A stretch of 57,032 bases of DNA, counting the filler, from Bipalium vagum (taxonomy: Eukaryota), in NCBI GenBank assembly GCA_037834085.1. It is 3 parts of 3 records of this genome, joined end to end, with 100 filler letters (N's around TTAATTAATTAA, not from the genome) between each part and the next. Parts side by side here need not be neighbours in the genome. Positions count along the whole stretch, not along the records: positions 21,246 to 41,263 come from JBBMKC010262382.1; 2 more parts are not named here. The stretch is one strand, 5' to 3'. A program made the position numbers and the translations under genes. Under the pieces are notes generated by a model. That model saw nothing but the letters and a program-made list of their open reading frames with translations. It made no database searches and was not told the DNA's origin. Positions 23,258-35,335 of this stretch are shown here, piece by piece (position 1 is the first letter of the stretch; each line of letters starts with the position of its first letter).

Positions 23258-24495
23258 AGTAATCCTACATTTTAGGTCCCTAACTTTCATAAAAAAATAA
23301 AATTTTAAATTTATTTAAACTACTTATATTTGTGAGTAGTTTATTTTTATTATATTACAGTTAAATTTAGTCAAATTCCGGCCGACGATGACTTGCGTCA
23401 AATGTACAATGCTCTCAATGAATGCCAAGTAGATAAAAATCAAAAATTTATTGATTGAAAAGTCCATAATTAGTATTTTAGGTTAACTTTAAGGTAAACT
23501 TTTAAATTAAACTTTCGTTTGATTCATTTTATTATTAATTATTAAATTTGATTCATTAATTAAATTGATTCATTTTATTATTAATTATTAAATTTGATTC
23601 ATTAATTAAAATTTAAACCTTATTTAAATTAAAATTAAGTATTATGTAGTGTTTTTAAAAAAAATAATAATAAAAACACAAAAACTTTAATTTTCACATG
23701 GATGATTATCACAAAGAATCTTTAGAAATGTTGCGAACATATACTCCTTACGAAATTTGTTCCGGAATACAAATTCATGCAAATATGATGGAAACAATTC
23801 GTGCGATGTTCCAAATTGTCGACGAAGTTTGCGTTTTGCTCGCATCCACATATTTTCAATATTTTCTGTGTGGATTTCCATGTCATCCGGATCAACAAAG
23901 TTATGTTGATGCACGATAACGTCGTGCTTATAAATACCAAATCCAATCTGGTCAATATTGGCATACGCAGACCAACCATCTGATATTATATGGGAACCTG
24001 GGAGAATATGTTTTCTAATAAGTGGCTCCAACGTTGCAGCTTTGCGGTCGGGAACCTCGACAAGAAAGCACTTACCAGTGCCTCTTTATTACTCCAAATA
24101 CCCAATGTCCCTCTCGCCACTGGCCTCTGTGATATTTTAGATGAAAATACTTGGATTCATCGATTTCAACAATAATTGGATTATCGTTGTCATCGAATCC
24201 TCCAATATCGTCTGGGTTATTATTAAGCCAAACTGCGCATTCTTCTCGCATAAAATTGAACCAATCGATGACAGTGTGATCTGTTGAAATTAATTTAAAG
24301 TCTAAAATTTTAAATGATTAAATTTAAATGATTCAAATGAATTTAAAGTTTAAAATTAAAATTAAAATTTTAAAATTAAAGTTTAGTTTAAAATTTATTT
24401 TGTTTAAAAAAACTATTTACAAATATAATTAGTTTAAATAAATTTAAAATTATATTTTTTTAATTACATTTAGGGACCTAAAAGGCAGGATTACC
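23258..24495 (-). mobile_element. Merlin (IS1595/IS1016-like) DNA transposon, copy A, transposase 5'-deleted
   Basis: 26-bp TIRs AGTAATCCTACATTTTAGGTCCCTAA and (rc) GGTAATCCTGCCTTTTAGGTCCCTAA. Transposase VEIDESKYF...GHWVFG...ILPGSHIISDGWSAY...VHQHNFVDP...HTENIENMW...SYLHEFVFR (ISXO2/IS1595 DDE), with a frameshift near 24090. Confidence 0.9.
23519..23610. repeat. about 46-bp tandem duplication inside Merlin copy A
   Basis: TTGATTCATTTTATTATTAATTATTAAATTTGATTCATTAATTAAA occurs twice in tandem. Confidence 0.85.
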
Positions 24496-24609
24496 TCTTT
24501 GTAAATAATTATTATAATTTGCCAAATGTAATTAATCGATAAACAAATTTTCTGATCATAATTTGAAATTCATATTTAGATTTTCTTTAATTCAACATTT
24601 ATCAAAAGT

Positions 24610-25832
24610 AGTAATCCTACATTTTAGATCTCTAATTAAAATTTTTTTTTATTTTTAAAAATTCTTTCCTACTTATAATTGTAAGTAGTGTAATTAGTAT
24701 TTTTAATGTATACTTAGTAATTGTATAATTACAAAATAAAAAAAGTTTATTATTGACACGGATAATTATAAAAAATCTTCAAAAATGTTGCGAACATATC
24801 TTCCTTACGAGATTAGTTTGCGTTTTGCTCGCATTCATATATTTTCAACATATTCTGTGTGGATTTCCATGTCATTCGGATCAACAAAATGATGTTGATG
24901 CACGATAACGTCGTGCTTATAAATACCAAATCCAATCTGGTCAATATTGGCATAAGCAGACCAACCATCTGATATTATATGGGAGCCTGGGAGAATATGT
25001 TTTCGAATAAGTGGCACCAACTTTGCAGCTTTGCAGTCGGGAATCTCGACAAGAAAGCACTTACCAGTGCCTCTTTCTATTCCTCCAAATACCCAATGGA
25101 CCTCTCTCCACTGGTCTCAGTGATATTTGCGATGAAAATACTTGGATTCATCGATTTCAACAATAATTGGATTACCGCTGTCATCGAATCCTCCAATATC
25201 GTCTGAGTTATTATTTAACCATACTGCGCACTCTACGCGCATAAAATTAAACCAGACGATGACAGTGTGATCTGTTGACATATCTGCTTCACGCTTCGTT
25301 AAAGATTGAGGCATGTCATTGCACCAGCAATATGTAAGAAAAATAATTTGTTTCAGAGTTAGATGACTACCTGAAAAAAATGATCTCTCTCAAACTTGTT
25401 TTTATGTCACACTGAGCAACGCCATATTTTACCGTCTGTACTTTTTGCATGGTTGTTTAAATGGCATGCATATTAACATCTGCTACATTCTAAAATATTT
25501 CTTAGTAATCAAAGTCTAACTAATCAAGTTATACATGATTCTGTATCGGTTAGTTGGGGCAACAAAGAATTCAGGTTTCATTTTTGAAATCTTGTTTCTA
25601 TAGAAAGTATTGAATTTGGATCCAAAATAAGTGTTGGAGATTTAGATTTTTGTAACATTACTAAAATAAAAGTTGAAAAATTAATAAAATAAGTAATACC
25701 TAATAAAAATACTTAATTAATTAAAATAAAGTTGAAAAATTATTAAAATCAGTAATTATATTACTTACAATTATAAGAAGTTAAGATTTTTAAAATTATT
25801 TTTTACAAATAGGGACAAATTGCATGATTACC
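24610..25832 (-). mobile_element. Merlin (IS1595-like) DNA transposon, copy B
   Basis: TIRs AGTAATCCTACATTTTAGATCTCTAA and (rc) GGTAATCATGCAATTTGTCCCTAT. 8-bp TSD TCAAAAGT (24602-24609) / TCAAAAGC (25833-25840). Transposase keeps its N-terminus (DGKIWRC...FFSGSHLTLKQIIFLTYCW...WFNFMRVEC...VEIDESKYFHRKYH) but has stops and deletions. Confidence 0.9.
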
Positions 25833-25869
25833 TCAAAAGCTTTAATAAAGCACTTAATTTATATTATTT

Positions 25870-26110
25870 ATCTCCACTACCTTTGTATTCAAAAAATGCA
25901 TCAATGGGAAAACTGTTTTTAGCGTCATAAACTAGTATAATATTTCAATTGCGTTATAAGTTCACGATGTATATCCACTGTAATACATAATTTTCTGTCA
26001 AAATACATAGAATTTTGGAAAAATATCTTCATTTCGAGTAAATCTCATCGGAATTGGATTCGTTTGAAGGTAAGAAATCTTGTCGCTTAAGCGTAACTTT
26101 CCAGACAGCT
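25870..26110 (-). mobile_element. possible piggyBac transposase relic
   Basis: Fragments ITVD and ILVYDAKNSFPIDAFFEYKG resemble piggyBac TVDE and LCDAxTxYxxxxxxYxGK. Very degenerate. Confidence 0.3.
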
Positions 26111-26779
26111 TTCAAACAAATCATGATTACACTTGAAACTTAACATCTTTCTGTTAAAGAAATAAAATCAATTAAAATTTAATGAAGTTTTTAGTACTAC
26201 TGTGATAAAATTGACAGGTTTCACTTCTGCTTTTTAATTATTCCTTCTGGTGGTTCGATCAATCCAATCGCTCAATCAGGAATAATGTCAAAAATAATCA
26301 ATTCTAAATTAATCGCAGAATTTAGTTTGGATTTTAATCATTATTATTAGAGGTTATATGTATTTATTAACTATTTATACTTTGTTTCTCAGTTATAAGC
26401 AGTGGCTTATTAGAAAAAACTTTATTAGGCTTATTAAGGACTATGGCAAGTATAAATTTTTAATTTATTAGTATGAATAATAAAACTAACATTTCGTTAA
26501 AAACAAATAATTTATTAACAATCATCATACAATTCTATAAAATACTCTTTCATAAAATCGATAAGTTTTAATTGTATCTGTTCTTCTGCATCAACACAAT
26601 CTTCATCTGCTAAGCAAATGAATATTCTTAATTTATATAAATCCATTTTTTACAGTATGAAAAAAAAGCAACATTTTATTAAACACTTTGTGACCGTCTT
26701 CATCGGATTTTTTGATTTGAGGTCATATATATAGTTTGATCCAATCATCATCCCTGACAAGACATATTTTGTCATGTAA

Positions 26780-26900
26780 TCTTCCAAGGCCAGTATATGA
26801 CATGCAACCCCATATCATTATTGAAGGTGGATGCTTAATCTTTGATAAAATACACTGAAAATTCCTTGTTAGAAAAACGACGAACAAGCATTTCCTTTGG
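26780..26900 (-). mobile_element. Tc1 transposase fragment
   Basis: LVRRFSNKEF..QCILSKIKHPPSIMIWGCMSYTGLGRLH matches Tc1 VKHPxSVMVWGCxSxxGxGxL. Confidence 0.75.
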
Positions 26901-27594
26901 TTTTAGTTTTCCCTTTTTGGAGCCTAATCACTGGTTGTCTTTTATTAATGATTCGCAAATCTGTTGTTCATTATTATCAAAATTGCTCATAATTACTCGA
27001 AAATTTTCTCCATAAACTACCATTTCACACAACGAAATTCATTAAATAGTCTAAGACTTTAATGGTTCTGATTATCTGAATGTATAGGTAATGTATGCTC
27101 TGAAGTGATAACGTCTTCTATATTTAAACTTATTACATCCACGAAATCTAAATTGGTACACGCTATTAGCTTGCAGTTGTTTTTGTAATTTGTAAAATTC
27201 TTTGTAATTTATTTATGTTACTTAGATTTTCAGTTACTTCAAGTTTTATATTAGTTTTCATGTAAAGTCTGACGAATTCTATCACCAAACTTACAAAAAT
27301 AACAATTCATATATCTAAATTTGGTAATATTTTGGTAATTATTTTTCTCAAAAACACAAAAATTAATTAACAATATTATTATTATTACTTCTATTATTAT
27401 TATCTGTAGGTTTAGCTGGAAATATTAACTTTACTTATTTTATTAAAACTATGAAATAAAATGTGGGTTTAATAGAAAATCTACTTACCTTGTGTAGGAT
27501 ACTTACTATCTTGAATTTTGAATTGAATGTTAGTCAACAAAAAATTGGAAAGTTCCTTGAAAAATTAAAAGTTTTATATTTTTTAAAATTGTGA

Positions 27595-29070
27595 AGCTCC
27601 TAATCAGTTACACATTGTATCAAATAAGTCAAATATATCTGCTTTTCATAATTTCAACGTCTTGATGAAATCTTTTATTCTGATCATCGCTGAAGTCACT
27701 AGAATTTTCTTGTAAAAATGACAGATGACAATGCATGAAATGCAGTTTAGTGACATCAGACAGTCTAACATCTTATAAGTTTTTAATAAATATTTAACTA
27801 ACTGTACATAAATGTTTCCTTTTGCTTTCATAGTTGGCCATATCATATGCCATTACATGTGTCTTAAGGTTCTAATTCATCTGCTTCAAGTGAATCTTCA
27901 AAACTCATAGCCTTCACGAGTTGACTGATTTTGGATCAATGAATATCCATTGTTTTATTTTTGCATTACTCTATTTCGGAAATTTTATATTCAGATACTG
28001 AAATGATGGTTTCTCATAATTCAAAGACTTTTCAAATTGAGTTGCAGTTTGATATGAAGAGGCAGTAAATTAATTAAATTAGGATTTTCATGTTCCGAGA
28101 AGATTCTTATGTAATGTTCTTATTTTGCTCTACTGTTCCATCGTATAACCACCTTGAAGCACATTTAATATAGCTAATACTTTTAAAATTGCCTTAAATC
28201 AACCATTCAAAATTAATGCAATTGAGTAATAATTCTCTGTCAGTGTAACTGAATATGCAATAGGAAATGACGGACTCATATTTCCATTGTATAACAAAAT
28301 GCCTTAAAACTATTGCGATGGGTTAATAAATAATTTCTACCCAGAAGGTTAATAACTAAGATGCAACGCTTTATATAATCATTCAAAATCGTTACAGAAA
28401 CAAAGTTCTACGGAAAATTTCTGTATTTCATTAGAATGATTACTGAAATACGTAATTTTTGCATTTATCAGCTCCCAATGTCTAAGTCGAGATACTAATA
28501 ATTTATTGTCATTTTAGTTAGATATAAGCTCTGGTCCGGTAATTGTGTTTTGTTACTAATTGCCGCTTGTGGACCATAATCATTATCGAAAAGTGCATTG
28601 TCAAAATCAGATATGTCAAACTCGATTTTAACTTCTAAACATTTTCTCGGAACTAGAAGATCAATTAAACGAGGAAAAAGTCGCATAGGAAATGGTAAAT
28701 TCCACTATTTAATGTATTTCCTCCTTTTGCTATTGTACCATGAATAGAAAAAAGATATTAACATTTTCTATATAAATGATTTCAATTTTATTACCATTTA
28801 TATTTGTTAAGTAGAAGGCACCAAACCATGGGTTCTGCAAATAAGAGGCCTCAACCGGAGCCATTTGACAATTTTCTTAATAAACTAAAACTGTACATGC
28901 AACATATATGAGGAGTCCAATGTTTATTTTGGTTACTAACTTTGCAATCAAAGTACTATAGATAAAGCTTCTTGGTACTACCAGTTAATGTTTTCTGATT
29001 TCTTCTGATTGTTAATAATTCACATGTGACAGAATTTAACTAGTCAATTTTTATATTGCCAGGACAAGGC
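27595..29070 (-). mobile_element. Chapaev3-like (CMC superfamily) transposase relic, near full-length
   Basis: Collinear motifs across frameshifts: YFDCKVSNQNKHWTPHICC, FAEPMVW, LLVSRLRHWEL, LCFCND, LLYNGNMSPSFPIAYS, LKVLAILNVLQGGYT, LLPLHIKL, FQYLNIKFP, MSLKLHFMHCHL, FSDDQNKRFHQDVEIMKSRY. The family name rests on my recall of Chapaev3 consensus motifs (DQDKxWAPHICC, LLHNGN, LPPLHIKLG, SDEQGERFHQD). Confidence 0.75.
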
Positions 29071-29828
29071 ACTTAGCAAATATTACTATATATTTTAATT
29101 AAGTAAATAAAACTGTATAATAAATCGGGTTTATAATAAAATCTTACATTTTTTCATTTATCATATTTACATAAAATGAAGGGTTCAAAGCAAAAATGAA
29201 TTTTACATTCGTAATCAACATTAATGGTTACATATAAATTTTAAAATCTCATTTCGGGGTCTTTTTCACTATTGGACAGAGAATTACAATTATCAAATAC
29301 AATAATTAATTAATACAAATAATCTTTAAGATAATAATAATCATAGAGGTATTTTTTTGAAATTATCTAAATAATACCAAAAATATCGATCTTCAGTTGC
29401 TTATCATTATTTTATAATTAAACTGACAAAGTCGGTAAGAGATCGCACTGAATAGGGCTTAATAAAAATCTTTGAAAAATATATGTCAGTTTTTAGAGAT
29501 TACGACCAGATTGGTTAAAGTAACACCATGATATAAAGATAGAAAAAAAGTGGTTTAATAGGAAAAAATAATTGATAGAATAATATATAAAATATATAAA
29601 AGACTAATATTTTTAATGCAAGCATTGAATCAAAAATATAAAATTTTGGTTAGTAGAATACCTCAGGGATTGATTCATAAATTGCTGATTATTGTTGGGT
29701 TCGCCCAAAGACCCTTCCAAAATTAAGAGGACGATAAAGGAGTTAGGTAAGTAATAATATAATTATAATGATAATAATAATAAAATAAAATAATATTAAT
29801 ACTTTTACTTGTTGGAAATGTTTCAGAA

Positions 29829-30005
29829 AGCCTAAATTTATCAAAAACTTGAGTATATCAGTGATATAAAGAATTCAAAGAAGGCAGAAAATTAGTTGAC
29901 GATTTGCCTTGTTCAGGTTGACCTTTAATATCTTCGAATGATGAAAATATTATCAAAGTAAAAGATAATTATTCAAAGTTGTCATTCTAGTTTAAGAGAA
30001 ATATG
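29829..30005 (+). mobile_element. mariner N-terminal HTH fragment
   Basis: LSKT*VYQ*YKEFKEGRKLVDDLPCSG*PLISSNDENIIKVK matches VYxWxxxFKEGRxxVxDxPRSGRP. Confidence 0.75.
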
Positions 30006-33000
30006 ATTTAGTGGCCATTAGATCTTGTATTTATATTATTTAATTATTAGTTATTAAATTTTTAATTTTATTTTGAAGTTTACCCATGATATCTATATGT
30101 GAACTGCTCTAATAAAAATCTACTAAGGTTAAGTTAATGGTAACTATGATAATTATTATGTGTTTAAAATCCATCTTTGAAATGGATTTGCTTAAAACAT
30201 TAAATTTAAAAGTAACATTGGTAATTATTAAGCTAAAACTTATTTTAATAAACAAAAAACGGTATAATTGGCGGCATTTAAGATTATTAAAATTACATAT
30301 AATTATTGTTACCTGCTCAATAAATCAATCTAAAACATTATTATTAAAAATCTGGCGATATTTAATGTCACAGATAATTATCTATATGATTAATGTAGTT
30401 TGTTCCACGCTTTCTTAATTTTTTTTTAATTATTTTACTTCAAAATGCTTCTATGGTTTGTTTGTGAATTTTATTCTCAGAAGGATTTGATCTTCTATTA
30501 ATGAACTTTACTTGAGAAGGCAGAGGTTTTTGAATTTTTCTACAGAAAAATTCAAACAGAAATATTGCAACTTTTCATACGTCTTCTAATAATCACTCAT
30601 AATTATAATTCCTGGTAACATAAGGTTTTCTAAGATGTATTATATAATATCCAGATTTTCCTAAGATTTTAATTATAAATTTGTATATGTCGGCAAATAT
30701 TCAATTTTTGAAAGTTTAATTTTCTTCCTCTTCGGTATTTATTTTAAATAATAGAGACTCTTCGATTTTAAAATACTCTCTGGTACATCAAAATTTTCAC
30801 TTGATTCCAATGAATAAAATAAACTTGCCAATTTTCTGTATTTTGAAAGTTAAAGTTATAAATGAAATTAAACATTGGTTAGTAAACAAACATATCCGCT
30901 CAACTATTACATCAAGTAAAAGAATAACATAATAAAGATAACATAAAAAACAATAATATAAATAAAAAAAGCATTTATAACATAAATTATAAACTTCTTA
31001 CTTCCCCTCTCAGTCTTCAAAGAAAATACTCGTTCCAAATATTAGGTTGTCAAAACTTAACAGGGTTTATATTCAAAAAATTCCATTACAAAGAAATCTC
31101 AAATAAAATTACAGGCATTCCTCAAAGTACAATTTGTCATTTTCAATTTATTGGAGCCTTTTGCTATCGAAATCGAATGTGTTGTGCACTGGTAAGGGGT
31201 TTGTGGCAAACATAAAATCTACGTTTAGCTTGATTTTCTGTTAAAATGTGGAGAAATGTAGAGTTTATCTTTAAAAAAAATCAAGATTACCCAGATGAAG
31301 AGCAATGGTCCGTTCTGAAGCAAATTGCTAATGCTAGGGTAGGCATCTACTTCATCTTGAGACTCATTAAAATTTTATTCATCACTAATGGTCTGAATGT
31401 TGTTGACCTTCGATGTTGGTGTCGCCAGAAGCTGTGAAACTAAAATCCGGTTGTACTATCTTTCACGAAATGATTTCTTTTTACATCACTCATTTCCATA
31501 GTTGTAGCTGCTGCTATTTTCCATTTTTTCAATATTCAGTTTTTCGTCTTTCATACTACATATATGGTAAAATATGACATTAGATATAAAACAATTCAAT
31601 AAAGATTTATCTTTTCTAAAGCTTCAAAATGATGTCAAATATTGAACCGAAAAGTTTTATAATAAAGCAGTAAAACAATTTTAATCTATTAGAAAAATAC
31701 TAATAAATTTTGGCTCAACATAATAATTTAATCATATTATTAAAAATTTTATTTCTCTTGATTAGCAGACGACCTTGTTTGTTTTTATATATCTTATGTA
31801 GGGATATCTTCAAATCTTGAAAAATAGAATTTCCTTTTAGACCAAAACTTTTATAAATGGACATCTAATATTAACCAGTCATCAACATCTTTATTTTTAA
31901 AGAAAAGTAATCAATAAAAAGATTTCCTTAAAAAGATTTTCTGGCAATCATGGTCGTAATCTTTCGAAGTGAAGCTGCTTGGAATTATCTACAGTCTTTC
32001 GAATAGGCGACTATAAATGTCGGATTTCGTGATGAGTTTTAAAATGGTTGAACGGCATTCGCCGACTTGAATTTAAATAATTCTGTTTGAAATGAAAATA
32101 AAATGTAGTATTGTTCTTTTGAAAAAAGGTGGCAGATTGTAATTAATTTCTTGTTTAAACGTGTTTTATTATTTTCTTAATTTGAATAAATAAATCCTTC
32201 TATAATCTTTATTTTTATTTTAATATTCTCATTTCAGTTTTTATAGTTTTTGCAATTTTTTTGAAGAAATTAATTTTTTCTGATTCAAAAGATTTTAATA
32301 ATCATTTCAATTAAATGTTTTACAAATATAAAAATTGATAATAACATTTAAATTCGATAATATAATGTTGTTAAGTTCTTCAAAATATATAAAATATAAA
32401 ATGAAGATGTAAGGATTTAATTTGTAAAGATAATTTGTATACGTGTTCATAATAAAGTCAAACAAAATTTTTAAAAAATATTTTGAATTCACAGTTTACT
32501 ATGACCAAAATTTACAAGAAACAAGTAAAAATTTTTATTGGTTTTAATAAACTTTACAATGAAACTATTTTTTTCAAGGTTTCTATATTAATTTTATTAA
32601 TTTTTTACCAACTTAATGTCTAACTTCAAAGAAATCTTATAGTTGTAATGATAATAAGTATCTAAAACCTTACAAAAGTATCAGTCTCACAAATGATTCC
32701 CAATATTTCAGATCATCGAATCAATAAAATAAGTGTCAAAATAAAAAGGAAAAAATTAGATAAAATACAAAATTGGTTATTGAAAATTGATTGCAGTTAT
32801 TTAGTAAAAACAAAATTAATTTTGGTGATTACAACTCGAAACCTATAGTGAACTACTCAGGTCTATCTTCGAAAGTCCCCAAACATGACAGAGAACCGAT
32901 GTTGAAATATATAACCATATAAATTACTGAGTCTTCCTTGGCAAAAAACTGTCATTACATATTAATTACATGCTCAAAAATCAAAATCACTGGTTTTTGA

Positions 33001-33720
33001 ATATCGATAACTTATTTTCAAAAATTAAACTCAAATTTACAATCAATATTAATAGTTAGATTAAAATCGAAATCACTGTTAACTTATTACAAAAATCAAA
33101 TTTAATTCTTCATTAGTGCAGATTCAATCTTGCCATGAAGTTGAATCTTAATAATCAGCAAAATAGCCACTTTCATTTCTGAAACTGAGGAATTTTTAGA
33201 TGATGAGGTTTGATAACAAGAGAAAGGTAATCAAATATTGTATTGATAATTAGACAGTAACATTTTCTGTGTACTCTTTCTCCGAATTTGACAAAAACTG
33301 ATTTTCTGTCCATTTTATGTATTAACATTTGTTTGATCAACTTGTTTTTTTATAGGTGACACTAGTCGATTAATATAGATTTTTTTATTAAAGCATTTAA
33401 TTTAATCCTTTTAAGGAATGTTCAATTTTCCAAATAATTAGGATATGTTAACGGAGACAGAATAAAGAAAAATAAGTAAAAAATTTCAATAGGCATTTAA
33501 AATACTTACTTTTTTGACTAAAAGATAAATCTTATATGTTCCGTTTACCAAGGATTAATGGAATGTATCTCAAGAAGAGTTAAACACACACCAGAATCAT
33601 AAATAACAAGAGATAACCCAAACGACTACTGATTAAGTTGATTTATCTATAAGTTTTGTATGCAAGATTTTTTGAAGATTATTTTTTTTATAAAAGTTTG
33701 GACGCTTGTTAATGAAAATA

Positions 33721-34165
33721 CTAGGGTGGTTCAATAAGTCCGTGAAAAATAAAATAACGACTAATATATTTACACAGAACAAAGTTTATTTTTCAAAATA
33801 ATTCTCAAGTAGGTATATACACTTCATCCAACGTTTCTCAAGTTTATTAATTTCTTTATAATAAGATTGATCCAGTCCATGAAAATGAGCACTTCATGAA
33901 TGATTTCAATATCCGATTGAAATTTTCGACTTGGAAGCCATTTTATCATGAAAGAGGAAATAATCAGACAGAGCTAAATCGGGAGAATATAGTAGATGTG
34001 ATAGCAGTTGAAAGTGCAGTTTACATATGAGGCGGTGCGTTATCATGAAAGAACAACACCTTTTTCTTCAACATGTGCGGCTGTTTCACTTTAATCTGTT
34101 CAGTCAAACGGGTCAATAATCCACTATATTCTCCATTAATTGTTTTTCATTTTTCAACATAATCG
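33721..34165 (-). mobile_element. mariner (irritans/Himar1-like) 3' relic
   Basis: TIR TA|CTAGGGTGGTTCAATAAGTCCG. Minus strand reads LDRLTEQIKVKQPHMLKKKVLFFHDNAPPH...LLSHLLYSPDLALSDYFL. Confidence 0.85.
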
Positions 34166-35207
34166 TAATACTAGAGTATGGAACAGGATAAATTAAGAAA
34201 TAAATATAAAGAGAATTATGTTTAAAATAAACAAAATGTGTTTAAAAGTACATATAATAAGATGTTGAAGATTAATACATTTAAATATAAATATAATGGG
34301 ATCCCAATGGGTTGGACATTATCCGCAGTTGACATTCAAATCATCTGATCAACTCCTAGTATTCTAATATAACAGTAAAAAAATCAGAGTATAAGATGTG
34401 AAAGTGTTTTACAAGCATTTACTTCAATCACCCCACCCGTTAATTTAACAGTAAAAATAATATAATATCAATATAATTTAAATATTAATATTAATATAAT
34501 TTAATAATAAAGAACACGCTTTCCAATTATAAACAGTATGTTTCCTCAAGCATTTTCTTTGGTCTATTTTTGTACTTTAATTCGGGATGTTTTTGTCTAT
34601 ATTGAATTTAAAAATCTGGTCATGTTTTGGATTTTGTTCTTAAAAATGTTTTAATATTTTTGCAGAATTCTAAATCCTCTTAGGATTAAATTTTCAGACA
34701 GATGTTGGAGACAAATCCCATTTTATACTGAGCTTGATGCCCTTAAATTTTTGATTAAGTAAAAGAAAGCTTTCGGTTTCATATTCATAAAAATCTTCGT
34801 AATTTAAAGCTTATAAAATTTCTTCAAAGATCTAGATTTTTAGATCATTTTTCCGAAAAATTGAATTTTTGATAAACTTTAAAATTCTGGTCTCCTTGAT
34901 TTCAAATTAATTAAATAGAATATTGTTGCTAATTTCTATAAATTTTTTATATCTAAAAATAAGAATTTACTTAATATGTAATATTATAATGTTGATGCTT
35001 TGCTAATTTGGGGTTGCACCAAAATATTACTTATAAATATGTTTGTGAGAGTCGAAAAGACAAAAAATTGATGAATACTAATTATTCAGTCCAAATCAAA
35101 GTATAAATGAAGACTGTCTACTTAAATATTTGTTCTAGGCTGTACTTTAACTAGATGTTATGTACATATTATTCATTTATGTTGTTTCATATTAAATATT
35201 TTTATTA

Positions 35208-35335
35208 TTAGGTTGTAAAGAAATAGATGGCGGTTTTTAACATCTAACTTTAAAGGAACACATGACAGCTTAAACAAAGTTTTATTTATTAAAATAGAAT
35301 CTGCCAGACTGTACACACTTCTCCCAATAGTTCTA
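35208..35335. mobile_element. mariner terminal fragment
   Basis: TA|TTAGGTTGTAAAGAAATAGATGGCGGTTTT resembles a Hsmar1-type TIR (TTAGGTTGGTGCAAAAGTAATTGCGGTTTT). No partner TIR. Confidence 0.45.

Noticed and set aside
23687-25314. Bacterial IS1595 contamination or recent bacterial transfer
   Set aside because: Embedded in intron-containing eukaryotic DNA with Merlin-type TIRs and an 8-bp TSD; Merlin is an established eukaryotic superfamily.
31100-31560. Cys-rich fragment (GVCGKH) resembling a piggyBac C-terminus
   Set aside because: Too short and frameshifted, with no TIR or TTAA support.
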